DNA from: Macrostomum lignano
Taxonomy: Eukaryota
Assembly: GCA_002269645.1 (NCBI GenBank)
Contig: NIVC01003359.1
Span: 38,497 to 102,496 of the forward strand
DNA length: 64,000 nt
Direction of reading: 5' to 3'
Shown: positions 51,919-64,000 of the stretch, piece by piece
Position numbering within the stretch: position 1 is the first letter of the stretch
Layout: the number at the start of each line of letters is the position of its first letter
The notes under the pieces: generated by a model
What the model was told of the DNA's origin: nothing
Databases searched by the model: none
Seen by the model: only the letters and a program-made list of their open reading frames with translations
Made by a program: the position numbers and the translations under genes

Positions 51919-52159
51919 CCATGCGACTTACTTTTTGACAAAAAATGCGACTTACTTGTGAAAGAAACCCTAGAGCAAGATTAATACAATTTTGGGTAAA
52001 CGGCAGGGGTAACTATGCTGGCTTATTAAGGCTAAGTGCCTCGTCAGCTAATTAGTATAGTACCACGTCTGTTCTTTGGGGTGGGCATTTTCGCTACTTC
52101 GTCTACCACAATTTACGGTGGCCGGATCGGCCAGGTCGGCCAGCAGTTGCGCATGTATG
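51919..52159 (-). mobile_element. Truncated inverted copy of the hAT MITE at 54394-54681
   Basis: Ends in GTTGCGCATGTATG and aligns in reverse complement to the other copy; the second TIR is missing. Confidence 0.8.
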
Positions 52160-52269
52160 CCCACAGCACAGCCCTTGTGCAATAATAATGATATTATAAG
52201 GAAGGTCTCATTCATCTGAAATTGTTTCTAACGATTTTTAAGGCTGCCACTGTTTGCAACAAGCTGCCA

Positions 52270-52671
52270 ATGCAGCAGCGCATCATCTATTGGCGCAGTC
52301 TCCGGTGTTGCCATGGCAACAGTGCCGACGCCCAATCAAGCTTGACAAGAAACCGCCATGAGCTGCGACTGGTGTCCAAGGAAAGCCTAATGTGGCACCC
52401 TGGCCATATACACAAAGGTCGGAAGCGCATCAACCAGAAGCTGGCCGCGGTCGATGCATTTGTTGAAGTACACGACGCTCGCATCCCAATAACTGGTCGG
52501 GCTCGCCTGTTTGAGGACAGCCGGGCTGCCAGGCCGCACGCCCTTGTGCTGAACAAGGCCGACTTGGTGGCGCCCAGCGCTCGAGCGTCCTGGAAGCGGT
52601 TTATGGAGGAGCGCGAGGGTCCCAGCAGTCGTGTGTTTCACTGCAGCCTGCGCACTTCGTCAGCTGAACTG
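52270..52671 (+). CDS. MTG1: Mitochondrial ribosome-associated GTPase 1, exon 1
   Basis: WHPGHIHKG (WFPGHM motif), EVHDARIP.TGR, VLNKADL (G4); donor CTG|GTTGGT. Confidence 0.92.
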
Positions 52672-52789
52672 GTTGGTGCAGCATTCTGTAGTGCATTGCT
52701 ATATGAATGCGTTTATTTTTGTGCCTTTGTCAATTTTTATTACCGATAAAAACTAAACTCGCCATCATTTAGGCCTGCGACGATTGTAG

Positions 52790-53590
52790 CCTGTTATCGT
52801 GTTTTGACCGTGCTTTGTGACGTTTTTTATGTCCAGTCAGCAGGTGACTGTTTTGTGGCCGTGTTTTGTGACTGTTCACTGTGACTGTGCTTTGTGACTG
52901 CTAACTGTATCCGTGTTTTGTGTCTGTTCATTGTGACCGTGTGTTGTAAATGTTCACTGTGACCGTGTTTTGTGACTGCTAATTGTATCCGTGTTTTGTT
53001 ACTGTTCACTGTGACCGTGTTTTGTGACTGCTAATTGTATCCGTGTTTTGTTACTGTTCACTGTGACCGTGTTTTGTGACTGCTAATTGTATCCGTGTTT
53101 TGTGACTGTTAATCGTGACCGTGCTTTGTGACTGCTAATTGTATCTGTGTTCCTGGGTTTTTTTAGGCCATACGGTAGCCACTGGCTACCCAAAAAAGCC
53201 ATTGGCAACTGGATTTTAGGCATCAGAGGCCAATCTGGCAACTTCATTTTCCCCGTGCCAGTTGCCAATTTCAAAAATTGTTTTTGTAAGTGTAAAAAAG
53301 CGCCATATGAATTGATATGATATGATAGAATTGTTAGTTTGTTATTGTTATTGTTAGTATAATATGTACATGTTACTCAAAATTTAGTGTCTTGGAAATA
53401 TTTATCCTCAAGAATTTGGCTAGTTGCCAATGGGCAACCAAAAATAGCCATTGGCAACTGGATTTCCAACCTTTAAAAAACCCAGTCTGTGTTTTGTGAC
53501 TGTTAATCGTAAGCGTGCTTTGTGACTGTTCATTGTGACCGTGTTTTGTGACTGTTTATTGTGATTTGTGACTCATGTTTTGTGACCGTT
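52790..53590. repeat. Intronic TG-rich minisatellite (TGTGACCGTGTTTTGTGACTG-type) interrupted by a MITE
   Basis: Direct inspection. Confidence 0.85.
53152..53485. mobile_element. hAT-type MITE (334 bp) in MTG1 intron 1
   Basis: TIR (C)CTGGGTTTTTT ... AAAAAACCCAG; perfect 8-bp TSD TCTGTGTT; internal AGCCATTGGCAACTGGATT x2. Confidence 0.8.
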
Positions 53591-53931
53591 TCCGCTTTAT
53601 ATGGGACACCCAACCAAAGAGAGTGAAAATTGTGGTAAATATTATCTTCACAAAGAAGCGGATGAAGGAATCCAATAGTTTGAGCTTGGCTTGTGTTGTG
53701 TATCCCTAATGATAAATATTAGATTTTAACTAATGAATCTTGATCGGGTTCCATCGAAAGTATTTAGTTGGTTAATAAATTATAGAAAAAACTTCACGAA
53801 CATTAGTACTTAGAATACATTAATACATAATAAATTTATTTTATAAGCCCTGAAAAGGGCCGTTTTAGTTATGATAAGGATTCACTATTCTGCCAGCTTT
53901 AGTCTCCTTCCCTACACCCCTACCTTCACAG

Positions 53932-54147
53932 GGCCGCACCCTGACCAGCCTGATGTCCGGCCTGCTTCAATTGGCCTCGCAGTTCAGGCCAGACAAGCGC
54001 GAATTCAACATCATGATTGCCGGCGTGCCAAATGTTGGCAAGAGTTCCCTAATTAATGCACTGCGCACCTATCACTCCGGCAAGAAGGCCGCCGCCAGGG
54101 TTGGCAAACTGGCCGGCGTGACTCGGGTTGTTGGAGAACGGATACTG
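53932..54147 (+). CDS. MTG1: MTG1 exon 2
   Basis: [18 protein letters not shown] (G1), VGKLAGVTR (G2); CACAG| acceptor and |GTGCGT donor, both phase 0. Confidence 0.93.
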
Positions 54148-54204
54148 GTGCGTTGCTATGGTGGGCTTCATTGAGCAGGCAGGAAATCCCGCCTGTAGTG
54201 TGGT

Positions 54205-55000
54205 ATGTAGGATGGGAGTCTCACACTTGGGAGGGTATGTAGGATGGGAGTCTCACACTTGGGAGGGTATGTAGGATTGGAGTCTCACACTTGGGAGGGT
54301 ATGTAGGATGGGAGTCTCACACTTGGGAGGGTATGTAGGATGGGAGTCTCACACTTGGGAGGGTATGTAGGATTGGAGTCTCACACTTGGGAGCATACAT
54401 GCGCAACAGTCGGCCGATCCGGCCGACCGATTTGGCGGCCAACCAAGGAAGTCGCAAAAATGCCAACCCGAAAAAACACAGAGTAGTAGTACTAAGTAGC
54501 TGACGAGGCATTTTGGCTTTATAAGACAGTCATAGTTACTCCTGCCGTTTACCCAAAGTTGCGTTAATTTTGCTTTCGGGTTTTTTTACATGTAAGTCGC
54601 ATTTTTGGCCAAAAACTACGTCGCATTTTTGTTAAAACTAAGTCGCATGGCCGACCGAAATTTGGAGGTTGCGCATGTATGCTTGGGAGGGTATGTAGGA
54701 TGGGAGTCTCACACTTGGGAGGGTATGTAGGATGGGAGTCTCACACTTGGGAGGGTATGTAGGATGGGAGTCTCACACTTGGGAGGGTATGTAGGATGGG
54801 AGTCTCACACTTGGGAGGGTATGTAGGATTGGAGTCTCACACTTGGGAGGGTATGTAGGATGGGAGTCTCACACTTGGGAGGGTATGTAGGATGGGAGTC
54901 TCACACTTGGGAGGGTATGTAGGATGGGAGTCTCACACTTGGGAGGGTATGTAGGATGGGAGTCTTACACTTGGGATGGTATGTAGGATTGGAATCTCAC
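54205..55000. repeat. 32-bp intronic minisatellite GGGAGGGTATGTAGGATGGGAGTCTCACACTT interrupted by a MITE
   Basis: Direct inspection. Confidence 0.93.
54394..54681 (+). mobile_element. hAT-type MITE (288 bp) in MTG1 intron 2
   Basis: Perfect 14-bp TIR CATACATGCGCAAC ... GTTGCGCATGTATG; perfect 8-bp TSD CTTGGGAG; removal restores the satellite unit. Confidence 0.9.
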
Positions 55001-55123
55001 CCTTAATATAGATAATACAGTGAAAGTCGGCATTGTAAGTCTCAATATCCAGTCTCGAATTGAAAGCATCCTTCTGCATTAGCCTAATTAGTACAAAATA
55101 TCTAACAATTTTTAATAACGCAG

Positions 55124-55364
55124 GTGTGCCAGGACCCCCCTGTATACGTACTGGACTCGCCAGGCATCCTTGATCCCGAGTTCAAAGACGACATTGGCAA
55201 CATGCTGAAATTGGGCGCCTGCGGCTGCATGGATCTCAACCAGATCGACTCGCAGGTTATCGCCGACTACCTGTTGCACCTGCTCAACGTTCGAGGCGAG
55301 AGAAGCTATGTTAAGCTGTACGATCTGGAGGGCCCGGTCACCGATGTGCGGGACCTGCTGGCAG
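55124..55364 (+). CDS. MTG1: MTG1 exon 3
   Basis: VYVLDSPGIL (G3, DTPG-like), LKLGACG, IADYLL..LN; phase 0 acceptor and phase 1 donor. Confidence 0.92.
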
Positions 55365-55404
55365 GTTGGTTGGCGCTTATTTAATTGCTTTGATCGCAGG
55401 GTGA

Positions 55405-55890
55405 GAGATATCTGCATAGGTGAGATTTCCATACTGATTGCTATCTGCATAGATGAGATTTCCATACTGATTGCTATCTGCATAGGTGAGATTTCCATAC
55501 TGATTGCTATCTGCATAGGTGAGATTTCCATACTGATTGCTATCTGCATAGGTGAGATTTCCATACTGATTGCTATCTGCATAGGTGAGATTTCCATACT
55601 GATTGCTATCTGCATAGGTGAGATTTCCATACTGATTGCTATCTGCATAGGTGAGATTTCCATACTGATTGCTATCTGCATAGGTGAGATTTCCATACTG
55701 ATTGCTATCTGCATAGGTGAGATTTCCATACTGATTGCTATCTGCATAGGTGAGATTTCCATACTGATTGCTATCTGCATAGGTGAGATTTCCATACTGA
55801 TTGCTATCTGCATAGGTGAGATTTCCATACTGATTGCTATCTGCATAGGTGAGATTTCCATACTGATTGCTATCTGCATAGGTGAGATTC
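55405..55890. repeat. 33-bp intronic minisatellite TATCTGCATAGGTGAGATTTCCATACTGATTGC
   Basis: About 14-15 near-identical copies. Confidence 0.95.
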
Positions 55891-56008
55891 CCAGTCAGGT
55901 TAATATTAATTTTAACGGATTGTGGTGAGATTCAAGTAGTGAGATTTCCAGTTCGCAGCTGCAGTTCCGGCCTCCAATATAGACAGAGTCATCAATCCCA
56001 AACCCCAG

Positions 56009-56232
56009 GCATCTGCCGGAAGCACCGCCTGGTGCAGGCGCACCGCAACTTTCACACCGGCCAGCTGGTGCACGGGCCCAACCTGGTAGCCGGAGCGCAG
56101 GCCCTGCTGCGCCACTTCAACCAGGGCCTGCTTGGCCGGCTGGTGCTCGACCAGCTGCCGTCCGACCTGCCGGCCGATCCGCCATTGCCATTCGCCTATT
56201 CCAAGGGCGCAGCGGCCAAGTTGCACCATTGA
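56009..56232 (+). CDS. MTG1: MTG1 exon 4 (terminal)
   Basis: PNLVAGAQALLRHFNQGLLGRLVLD matches the RbgA/MTG1 C-terminal F..G.LG...LD motif; phase-compatible CCCCAG| acceptor. Confidence 0.88.
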
Positions 56233-56469
56233 TTGCTTGGATTTAAAAGACGCTTAAAGATGCATTTTATTCATTTTAGCTAGCCTTTGTATGCGATCTG
56301 ATAATCTTATAAGTGAGAAAAGCCGCTTGTAGAATAGCACTTTAATAAACAGTAATAAGTAATAAACACTCCGAGTGATTAGAGATGGTCTCTTTTGGCA
56401 TCCATTCTCGTCTGTAGCTTGTTACTCTTTTTTCTAATTTTTGCTCGTTAGCAATCTCACATGTTTTGT

Positions 56470-58107
56470 AATAGGTGCTGCATTGGGTGCTGCTATCATA
56501 GGTGCTGCATTGGGTGTTGCTATCATAGGTGCTGCATTGGGTGTTGCTATCATAGGTGCTGCATTGGGTGCTGCTATCATAGGTGCTGCATTGGGTGTTG
56601 CTATCATAGGTGCTGCATTGGGTGCTGCTATCATAGGTGCTGCATTGGGTGTTGCTATCATAGGTGCTGCATTGGGTGCTGCTATCATAGGTGCTGCATT
56701 GGGTGTTGCTATCATAGGTGCTGCATTGGGTGCTGCTATCATAGGTGCTGCATTGGGTGTTGCTATCATAGGTGCTGCATTGGGTGCTGCTATCATAGGT
56801 GCTGCATTGGGTGTTGCTATCATAGGTGCTGCATTGGGTGCTGCTATCATAGGTGCTGCATTGGGTGCTGCTATCATAGGTGCTGCATTGGGTGTAGCTA
56901 TCATAGGTGTGCATTGGGTGTTGCTATCATAGGTGTGCATTGGGTGTTGCTATCATAGGTGTGCATTGGGTGTTGCTATCATAGGTGCTGCATTGGGTGC
57001 TGCTATCATAGGTGCTGCATTGGGTGTTGCTATCATAGGTGCTGCATTGGGTGCTGCTATCATAGGTGCTGCATTGGGTGTTGCTATCATAGGTGCTGCA
57101 TTGGGTGCTGCTATCATAGGTGCTGCATTGGGTGCTGCTATCATAGGTGCTGCATTGGGTGTTGCTATCATAGGTGTGCATTGGGTGCTGCTATCATAGG
57201 TGCTGCATTGGGTGCTGCATTGGGTGCTGCTATCATAGGTGCTGCATTGGGTGTTGCTATCATAGGTGTGCATTGGGTGCTGCTATCATAGGTGCTGCTA
57301 TCATAGGTGCTGCTATCATAGGTGCTGCTATCATAGGTGCTGCATTGGGTGCTGCTATCATAGGTGCTGCATTGGGTGCTGCTATCATAGGTGCTGCATT
57401 GGGTGCTGCTATCATAGGTGCTGCATTGGGTGCTGCTATCATAGGTGCTGCATTGGGTGCTGCTATCATAGGTGTGCATTGGGTGCTGCTATCATAGGTG
57501 TGCATTGGGTGCTGCTATCATAGGTGCTGCTATCATAGGTGCTGCTATCATAGGTGCTGCTATCATAGGTGCTGCATTGGGTGCTGCTATCATAGGTGCT
57601 GCTATCATAGGTGCTGCATTGGGTGCTGCTATCATAGGTGCTGCATTGGGTGCTGCTATCATAGGTGCTGCATTGGGTGCTGCTATCATAGGTGCTGCAT
57701 TGGGTGCTGCTATCATAGGTGCTGCATTGGGTGCTGCTATCATAGGTGCTGCATTGGGTGCTGCTATCATAGGTGTGCATTGGGTGCTGCTATCATAGGT
57801 GTGCATTGGGTGCTGCTATCATAGGTGCTGCTATCATAGGTGCTGCTATCATAGGTGCTGCTATCATAGGTGCTGCATTGGGTGCTGCTATCATAGGTGT
57901 GCATTGGGTGCTGCTATCATAGGTGCTGCATTGGGTGCTGCTATCATAGGTGCTGCATTGGGTGCTGCTATCATAGGTGCTGCATTGGGTGCTGCTATCA
58001 TAGGTGCTGCATTGGGTGCTGCTATCATAGGTGTGCATTGGGTGCTGCTATCATAGGTGTGCATTGGGTGCTGCTATCATAGGTGTGCATTGGGTGCTGC
58101 TATCATA
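56470..58107. repeat. 27-bp satellite ATAGGTGCTGCATTGGGTGCTGCTATC with truncated variants
   Basis: Direct inspection; source of spurious CC-rich ORFs. Confidence 0.97.
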
Positions 58108-58294
58108 TTTCATGTCCTAAAACATTACCTATACAGTACTAACTGCCATAATATGCATGCACTTAGCCATTCGAAAGGTGAGGCAAACTGGTTTTAGCTC
58201 AGATCGGTAGAGAAGACTAGAAGAGAAGCAAGCAAAACAAACAAAGCAGTAGAGCAGAAGCAGCAGAGCCGGCACCAGCTGTCTTCATTGAGCC

Positions 58295-58621
58295 ATGGCC
58301 GACACCAGCGCCAACCGGGAGGAGAGCCTTCGCTGTCTGGGCATCGCCAAGACCGCGCTGGCTTCTGGTGACGCGGAAAAAGCAGAGCGGCTGCTGCGCA
58401 AAGCCTGCCGTTTAGACGCTGTCGACGGCTGTCCGGAGGCCAAGCGTCTGTTGGAACAGTTGCTTAGCAACAGCGGCTCGCACGGTGGACAGGGAGGGCG
58501 ACAGTCGAATGCGCAGGACGACGATGGAGGTGCCCGAAGGCGCCGGACCAGCAGCGGCAGCGGCCATCCTGAGCGGCAGTTTACTGAGGAGCAGGCCAGC
58601 GGGGTGGCGCGGATCCGCAAG
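58295..58621 (+). CDS. DNAJB12: DnaJ subfamily B member 12/14-like ER membrane co-chaperone, exon 1
   Basis: NREESLRCLGIAK..L..G..EKA.R.L.KA.RL N-terminus and FTEEQ..V.RIRK, as in DNAJB12/14; donor AAG|GTGATT. Confidence 0.88.
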
Positions 58622-58659
58622 GTGATTTGAGACATTTATTGAGCAGAGCCTCCGGGCCT

Positions 58660-59270
58660 GGAGAAATGTCTGCGATGCTTGGGAAATGTCTGTCATGCTT
58701 AAGGAAATGTCTGTCATGCTTGAGAAATGTCTGTCATGCTTGAGAAATGTCTGTCATGCTTGAGAAATGTCTTCCATAATTGAAAAATGTATGTGTTGCT
58801 TGAGAAATGTCTGTCATGCTTGAGAAATGTCTCTCGTGCTTGAGAAATGTCTCTCGTGCTTGAGAAATGTCTCTCGTGCTTGATAAATGTCTCCCATAAT
58901 TGAGAAATGTCTCCCATACTTGAGAAATGTCTCCCATACTTGAGAAATGTCTTCCATAATTAAAAATGTATGTGTTGCTTGAGAAATGTCTGTCATGCTT
59001 GAGAAATGTCTGTCATGCTTGAGAAATGTCTGTCATGCTTGAGAAATGTCTCTCGTGCTTGAGAAATGTCTCCCATAATTGAGGAATGTTTGTCATGCTT
59101 GGGAAATGTCTGTCATGCTTGAGAAATGTCTGTCATGCTGGAGAAATGTCTGTCATGCTTGAGAAATGTCTGCCATGCTTGAGAAATGTCTGTCATGCTG
59201 GAGAAATGTCTGTCATGCTTGAGAAATGTCTGCCATGCTTGAGAAGTGTCTCCCATGCTTGACAAATGTG
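58660..59270. repeat. 20-bp intronic minisatellite TGAGAAATGTCTGTCATGCT
   Basis: Direct inspection. Confidence 0.93.
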
Positions 59271-59355
59271 CTCGAGAACTTGCGGTAGTTGTAGAGTACA
59301 AACGTACTCCCTAATTTACTATGTACTGAATAATGTTTCCTGCATGCCCTGCCAG

Positions 59356-59879
59356 GCCAAAGACTACTACGAGATCCTGGGCGTTGCCAAGGACGCCACA
59401 GATGACGATCTGAAGCGATCGTATCGAAAGCTGGCGCTGAAGTTTCACCCGGATAAGAATAAGGCGCCCGGCGCCCAGGAAGCATTTAAGGCAATTGGAA
59501 ACGCCTATAGCGTCCTGGCCGACCCCGCCAAGCGGCAGCGCTACGATATGTACGGCTCAGAAGAGGAGCAGCAGGCAACGCGTCGTCATAGCAACGGCAG
59601 AGGCTACTATTACGACGATTATTCGCGCGGATTCGAGGCCGACGTGTCGCCAGAAGAAATTTTCAACATGTTCTTCGGCGGCGGCTTTCCGACCTACGAG
59701 ATGCGGCAGCGGCGGGCCCGGCGGCATCAACGGCACGACGGCGGCCAGGCTGGCGAAGCGGCCGGTCGCAATGTTTATTCAATGCTGCTGCAGTTTGCAC
59801 CCATCTTCCTGCTCATGCTCATGTCCGTGCTGTCCGGCCTCATGCACCGCGACCCCTGGTACAGCCTGTCCGCTAACAA
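59356..59879 (+). CDS. DNAJB12: DNAJB12/14 exon 2 (J domain, G/F region, transmembrane helix)
   Basis: KDYYEILGV...[67 protein letters not shown]; |GTAAGT donor. Confidence 0.95.
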
Positions 59880-59904
59880 GTAAGTCTTCTGCTTTGCTGC
59901 TTTC

Positions 59905-60460
59905 AGGTTGCCTTCCCCCCGATCCTTCAGGGCGTCCTCCCCTGATCCTTCAGGTGTCCTCCCCTGATCCTTCAGGTGTCCTCCCTGATCCTTCAGGGCG
60001 TCCTCCCCCTGATCCTTCAGGGTGTCCTCCCCTGATCCTTTAGGGTGTCCTCCCCCTGATCCTTCAGGGCGTCCTCCCCCTGATCCTTCAGGGCGTCCTC
60101 CACCTGATCCTTCAGGGTGTCCTCCCCTGATCCTTCAGGGTGTCCTCCCCGATCCTTCAGGGCGTCCTCCCCTGATCCTTCAGGGTATCCTCCCCTGATC
60201 CTTCAGGGTGTCCTCCCCTGATCCTTCAGGGTGTCCTCCCCCAATCCTTCAGGGTGTCCTCCCCTGATCCTTCAGGGTGCCCTTTCCCGATCCTTCAGGG
60301 TGTCCTCCCCTGATCCTTCCGGTTGCCCTCCCGGCCTCCCCCGATCCTTCAGGTTGCCTACCCCCGATCCTTCAGGTTGCCTACCCCCGATCCTTCAGGT
60401 TGCCTTCCCCCGATCCTTCAGGCTGCCCTCCCTCCGATCCTTCAGGCTTCCCTGCCCCAG
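59905..60460. repeat. Intronic minisatellite of about 24 bp, CCTGATCCTTCAGGGTGTCCTCCC
   Basis: Direct inspection. Confidence 0.92.
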
Positions 60461-60522
60461 ATCCCTTAGTGTAAGCATGAGCAGGGATTTAACTCTTGAG
60501 CTCGCACCTGTCAATCCCGCAG

Positions 60523-60686
60523 CGCCTACTCGGACGTGCGGCACACTCGGCACAGCAAGGTGCCTTACTATGTGAAGCCGAATTTTCGCTCGGAATTCAC
60601 TGGCAATCTGGGCCAACTGGAGGCCGAGATCGAAGACGACTTTTTTCACACATTGCGAGTCAAGTGCTACAGGGAGCGCAGCTACA
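60523..60686 (+). CDS. DNAJB12: DNAJB12/14 exon 3 (DUF1977 luminal domain)
   Basis: VPYYVKPNF...LE..IEDDF..LR..CYRE; phase 2 acceptor and phase 1 donor. Not in the ORF track. Confidence 0.9.
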
Positions 60687-60766
60687 GTAAGTCCTCTTAG
60701 CCTTTGTTCTGCCTTTTTGTTGATGACTATTGCAAAAACTATCGTTTGTGTCTTTTCTGCTTCCAG

Positions 60767-60876
60767 AGGAGTCCATGCAATTCCGGGCAAAATATTACCA
60801 CGACAAGGAAGCTTATGCTATCGCGTCCAAGCTGACTACTCCGCACTGCGATATGCTGAACCGGTACGGCGGCTGA
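60767..60876 (+). CDS. DNAJB12: DNAJB12/14 exon 4 (terminal)
   Basis: KESMQFRAKYYHDKEAY..A.KL.TPHCDML..; TTCCAG| acceptor and TGA stop. Confidence 0.88.
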
Positions 60877-60974
60877 CTGTCTTTGGGCCGCCCGCCCTTC
60901 TCTCTGAGCTCTGCCCTCTCCCGAGCACGAATTTTGTACCGCTATTATAGTGCAATGCGCGCCTATCTGCTGCC

Positions 60975-61610
<636 letters not shown>

Positions 61611-62364
61611 ATGCCTGTGCCTACCAGTTAAATCTCTATCTGTCTCAGTGTCTCCTCATTTCAAGCCTGCATCTGCCTATCTGTCTGTCTGTCTGTATGG
61701 CCTGTCTGCCTGTCAGTTGCACGCTTTTTTCCGATCTGTGATGTTTCTATGTGGAAATAGAATCAGTGCGGGTACAATGCAACTTGCACATGAGCTGCAA
61801 TTCAACATGTACAGGTGCGTCTGCGCTGCACTCGTATTTTACCTAATATTTGCTATTCTGGCCCAGCCCAAAGTTCAGATCCACATTTTTAAACTGAACC
61901 CTAGAAAACCGAAGATCCGAGCGTAGTATGTCCTGCCAAATGCTTTTAAATTTATGAATTACTAATTTAGTCCCGTCCTCCGTCAGAGCCTGATCTTGGA
62001 TTTAATTCTAGTCGCTATTAAATCCTGCATGTCGGTTTATCATCCATAGATTTTTAGCCATAGATTATTTGAAAGAACGATGTAACTGGGCAACTCCACT
62101 AGGACCTAGAGCAAATGATTTGCGTTTTTGCTGCCTAGTGATTATGGTTATTCTCTTGTGCATTGCTTGCTAAATGTATTGTAGTCGAGAATATATCTGC
62201 GAGAACTCTCAGTTGTCTCGTCGTGTAGAGACGAGTAAAGACTTTGCTCATAAATTATGAATGCAAAAAATGTCAATGGTGAGCTCTGCTTCAGCTTTAG
62301 TCATTTTTCTTGTACTTGTATAAGTCCCAGCCGCAATTCATTTGCTGGTGTGAACCTTTAGATC

Positions 62365-62720
62365 TTTGACAAGTGTCTGCTTTGAGAAGTGTCTGCTTTG
62401 ACAATTGTCTGCTTTGAGAGCGTCCGCTTTGAGAAGTGTCTGCTTGAGAAGCGTCCGCTTGAGAAGTGTCTGCTTTGAGAATGTCCGCTTTGAGAAGTGT
62501 CTGCTTTGAGAAGTGTCCGCTTTGAGAAGTGTCTGCTTTGACAAGTGGTTGCTTTGATAATTGTCTGCTTTGACAATTGTCTGCTTTGGGAAGTAGTTGC
62601 TTTGATAATTGTCTGCCTTGACGATTGTCTGCTTTGACAAGTGGTTGCTTTGAGAAGTGTCCGCTTTGAGAAGTGTCTGCTTTGACAATTGTCTGCTTTG
62701 AGAAGTGTCCACTTTGAGGA
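62365..62720. repeat. 16-bp minisatellite GTCTGCTTTGAGAAGT
   Basis: Direct inspection. Confidence 0.9.
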
Positions 62721-63137
62721 CGCAGTACTAGATTGACGACGTGTACTGTACGCCATACTGGCCTACTATAAGTAGAGTCTCACGACCTACTCCTAAGTCT
62801 ATCCTCGGATTGTACATTGCCTGCTTTTCAGCCATGCAGGTAGTCATGACAACGAAGCGATTGTACGGCGTGGATAGCATGCGAGTATAGGGCTGCTTCT
62901 AAACTGCAGTGTACACTGAAAAGAATTCCTTTCAGCAACAAATAGGTGATAGATAGCACTGGACTGCTCACAGTGTACGCAGAGCCTGTGCGTACACCTC
63001 TGCCCCCTGTGAGCACTGCTCTAAGCTGCTGGGCGAGAGAGCGGCAAGCTGAACAGGTGAGCTGCTACTTTAGCTCCGGAGCCGCACTCTTGGCACTCCA
63101 TGCGCAGAGAGCAGTGAGCTCAGCCAAACTGACTGTC

Positions 63138-63770
63138 ATGCAGCGCCGCTCCAAGTCCGTCTCCAAGGCTGCGGCCGCAGCCCATAGCGAGCGGACTTCT
63201 CGCTGGAGGCCTGCCGCCGGTGCCTGTCAGAGATCGTCTCCTACCTGGCTGCCTTCGTTTGCGGCGCCTGATGGCGCTGCGGATGCTGGCGCCGCTGGCC
63301 GACTGTCGCGCAGTTTCAGCCAGCTCAACTGGATGATGAGCTCGCACGGCACCAAGTGGAAGCCGGAGCTGAAAGGCCGACTTGCGGACTGTCGAGCAGG
63401 AGATGCTGGACTCCGGCCTGGTGACCAGCCTGGTGGACCTGCTGCTGACGCTGCTCCTTGAGAGGCGCTTACGACGATCTGGCAGTTCGAGTCCTGCTCT
63501 GCCTGCTCAACTGCACAGACAGGTCGCTGGAGTTTTGCCTGCAATTCGCCAAAAGCCAGGACAAATTCTTTCGCTCATATTTCCCGACCTGCTCAACGCG
63601 CAGGACGGAGGCCAGATGCTGGAGTTGAACACGGCCTCCCTGGTCGAGTGCGCTCTCGGAATCGGCTACAACATGTACTTTAAGAATGACTCGGAGCTGT
63701 ACCGAAGGCTGGCTGAGTTCCCCAGCATGGTAGACAGCGCCAAGCCCTACCTGGTCAGCCCTGTCACCAG
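63138..63770 (+). CDS. Probable first coding exon of an unidentified gene running off the window (one extra base near 63372)
   Basis: MQRRSKSVS...KWKPELK[fs]ADLRTVEQEMLDSGLVTSLVDLLL...ELNTASLVECALGIGYNMYF...SPVT; GC-rich; candidate donors at about 63771/63777. Confidence 0.6.
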
Positions 63771-64000
63771 GTGTCGGTGAGCACCGCTCAGACCTTTTAG
63801 TTGCTCTTTTGTGTTCATTCTCTTTCATTTTCATTCCTCTCACCTGCTGTCGGTTTATTCCTAACCTTTCCTTCATGCCCTCTATCTCCTTCCTCCCCTC
63901 TCCCTTCCTTCCTACTGCGAGTAGTACGATCAGGCGCACTGAACCCAAACCGCGCGCCCCGCAGGCTACCGCTTTATTTTATCGCTTTCGCGGTTGGCGA

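Noticed and set aside
56342-58082. Cys-rich CCIGCCYHR and Gly/Ala-rich ORFs resembling metallothionein or keratin-associated proteins
   Set aside because: They are translations of the 27-bp satellite, open in most frames, with no codon-level variation pattern.

Overview
Eukaryotic (animal) genomic DNA from a draft assembly, with one 158-nt N gap at 18849-19006. GC-rich exons, GT-AG introns and many 11-48 bp minisatellite arrays (about 15-16 kb, roughly a quarter of the window by my sum of array lengths) suggest a free-living flatworm such as Macrostomum; that is inference only. Recognisable genes are 4-exon MTG1 (mitochondrial RbgA/YlqF-family GTPase, 52270-56232), 4-exon DNAJB12/14 (58295-60876) and an intronless bZIP factor (48025-48753, minus). 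Also present are a near full-length R1/LOA-type non-LTR retrotransposon with RNase H (about 19.5-25.3 kb), a mariner remnant, at least four hAT-type MITEs with 8-bp TSDs, and two tRNA-headed SINEs sharing a body. A roughly 2000-aa low-complexity protein (6731-12819) is split by about 7 single-base frameshifts that look like sequencing errors. The best new candidate is a 3-exon gene missed by the ORF track (41163-44873) for a secreted peptide with two tandem C-C-CC-C-C knottin-like domains. Most long ORFs in the supplied track between 29-41 kb and 55-62 kb are satellite translations. No CRISPR array, rRNA or bona fide tRNA gene is supported.
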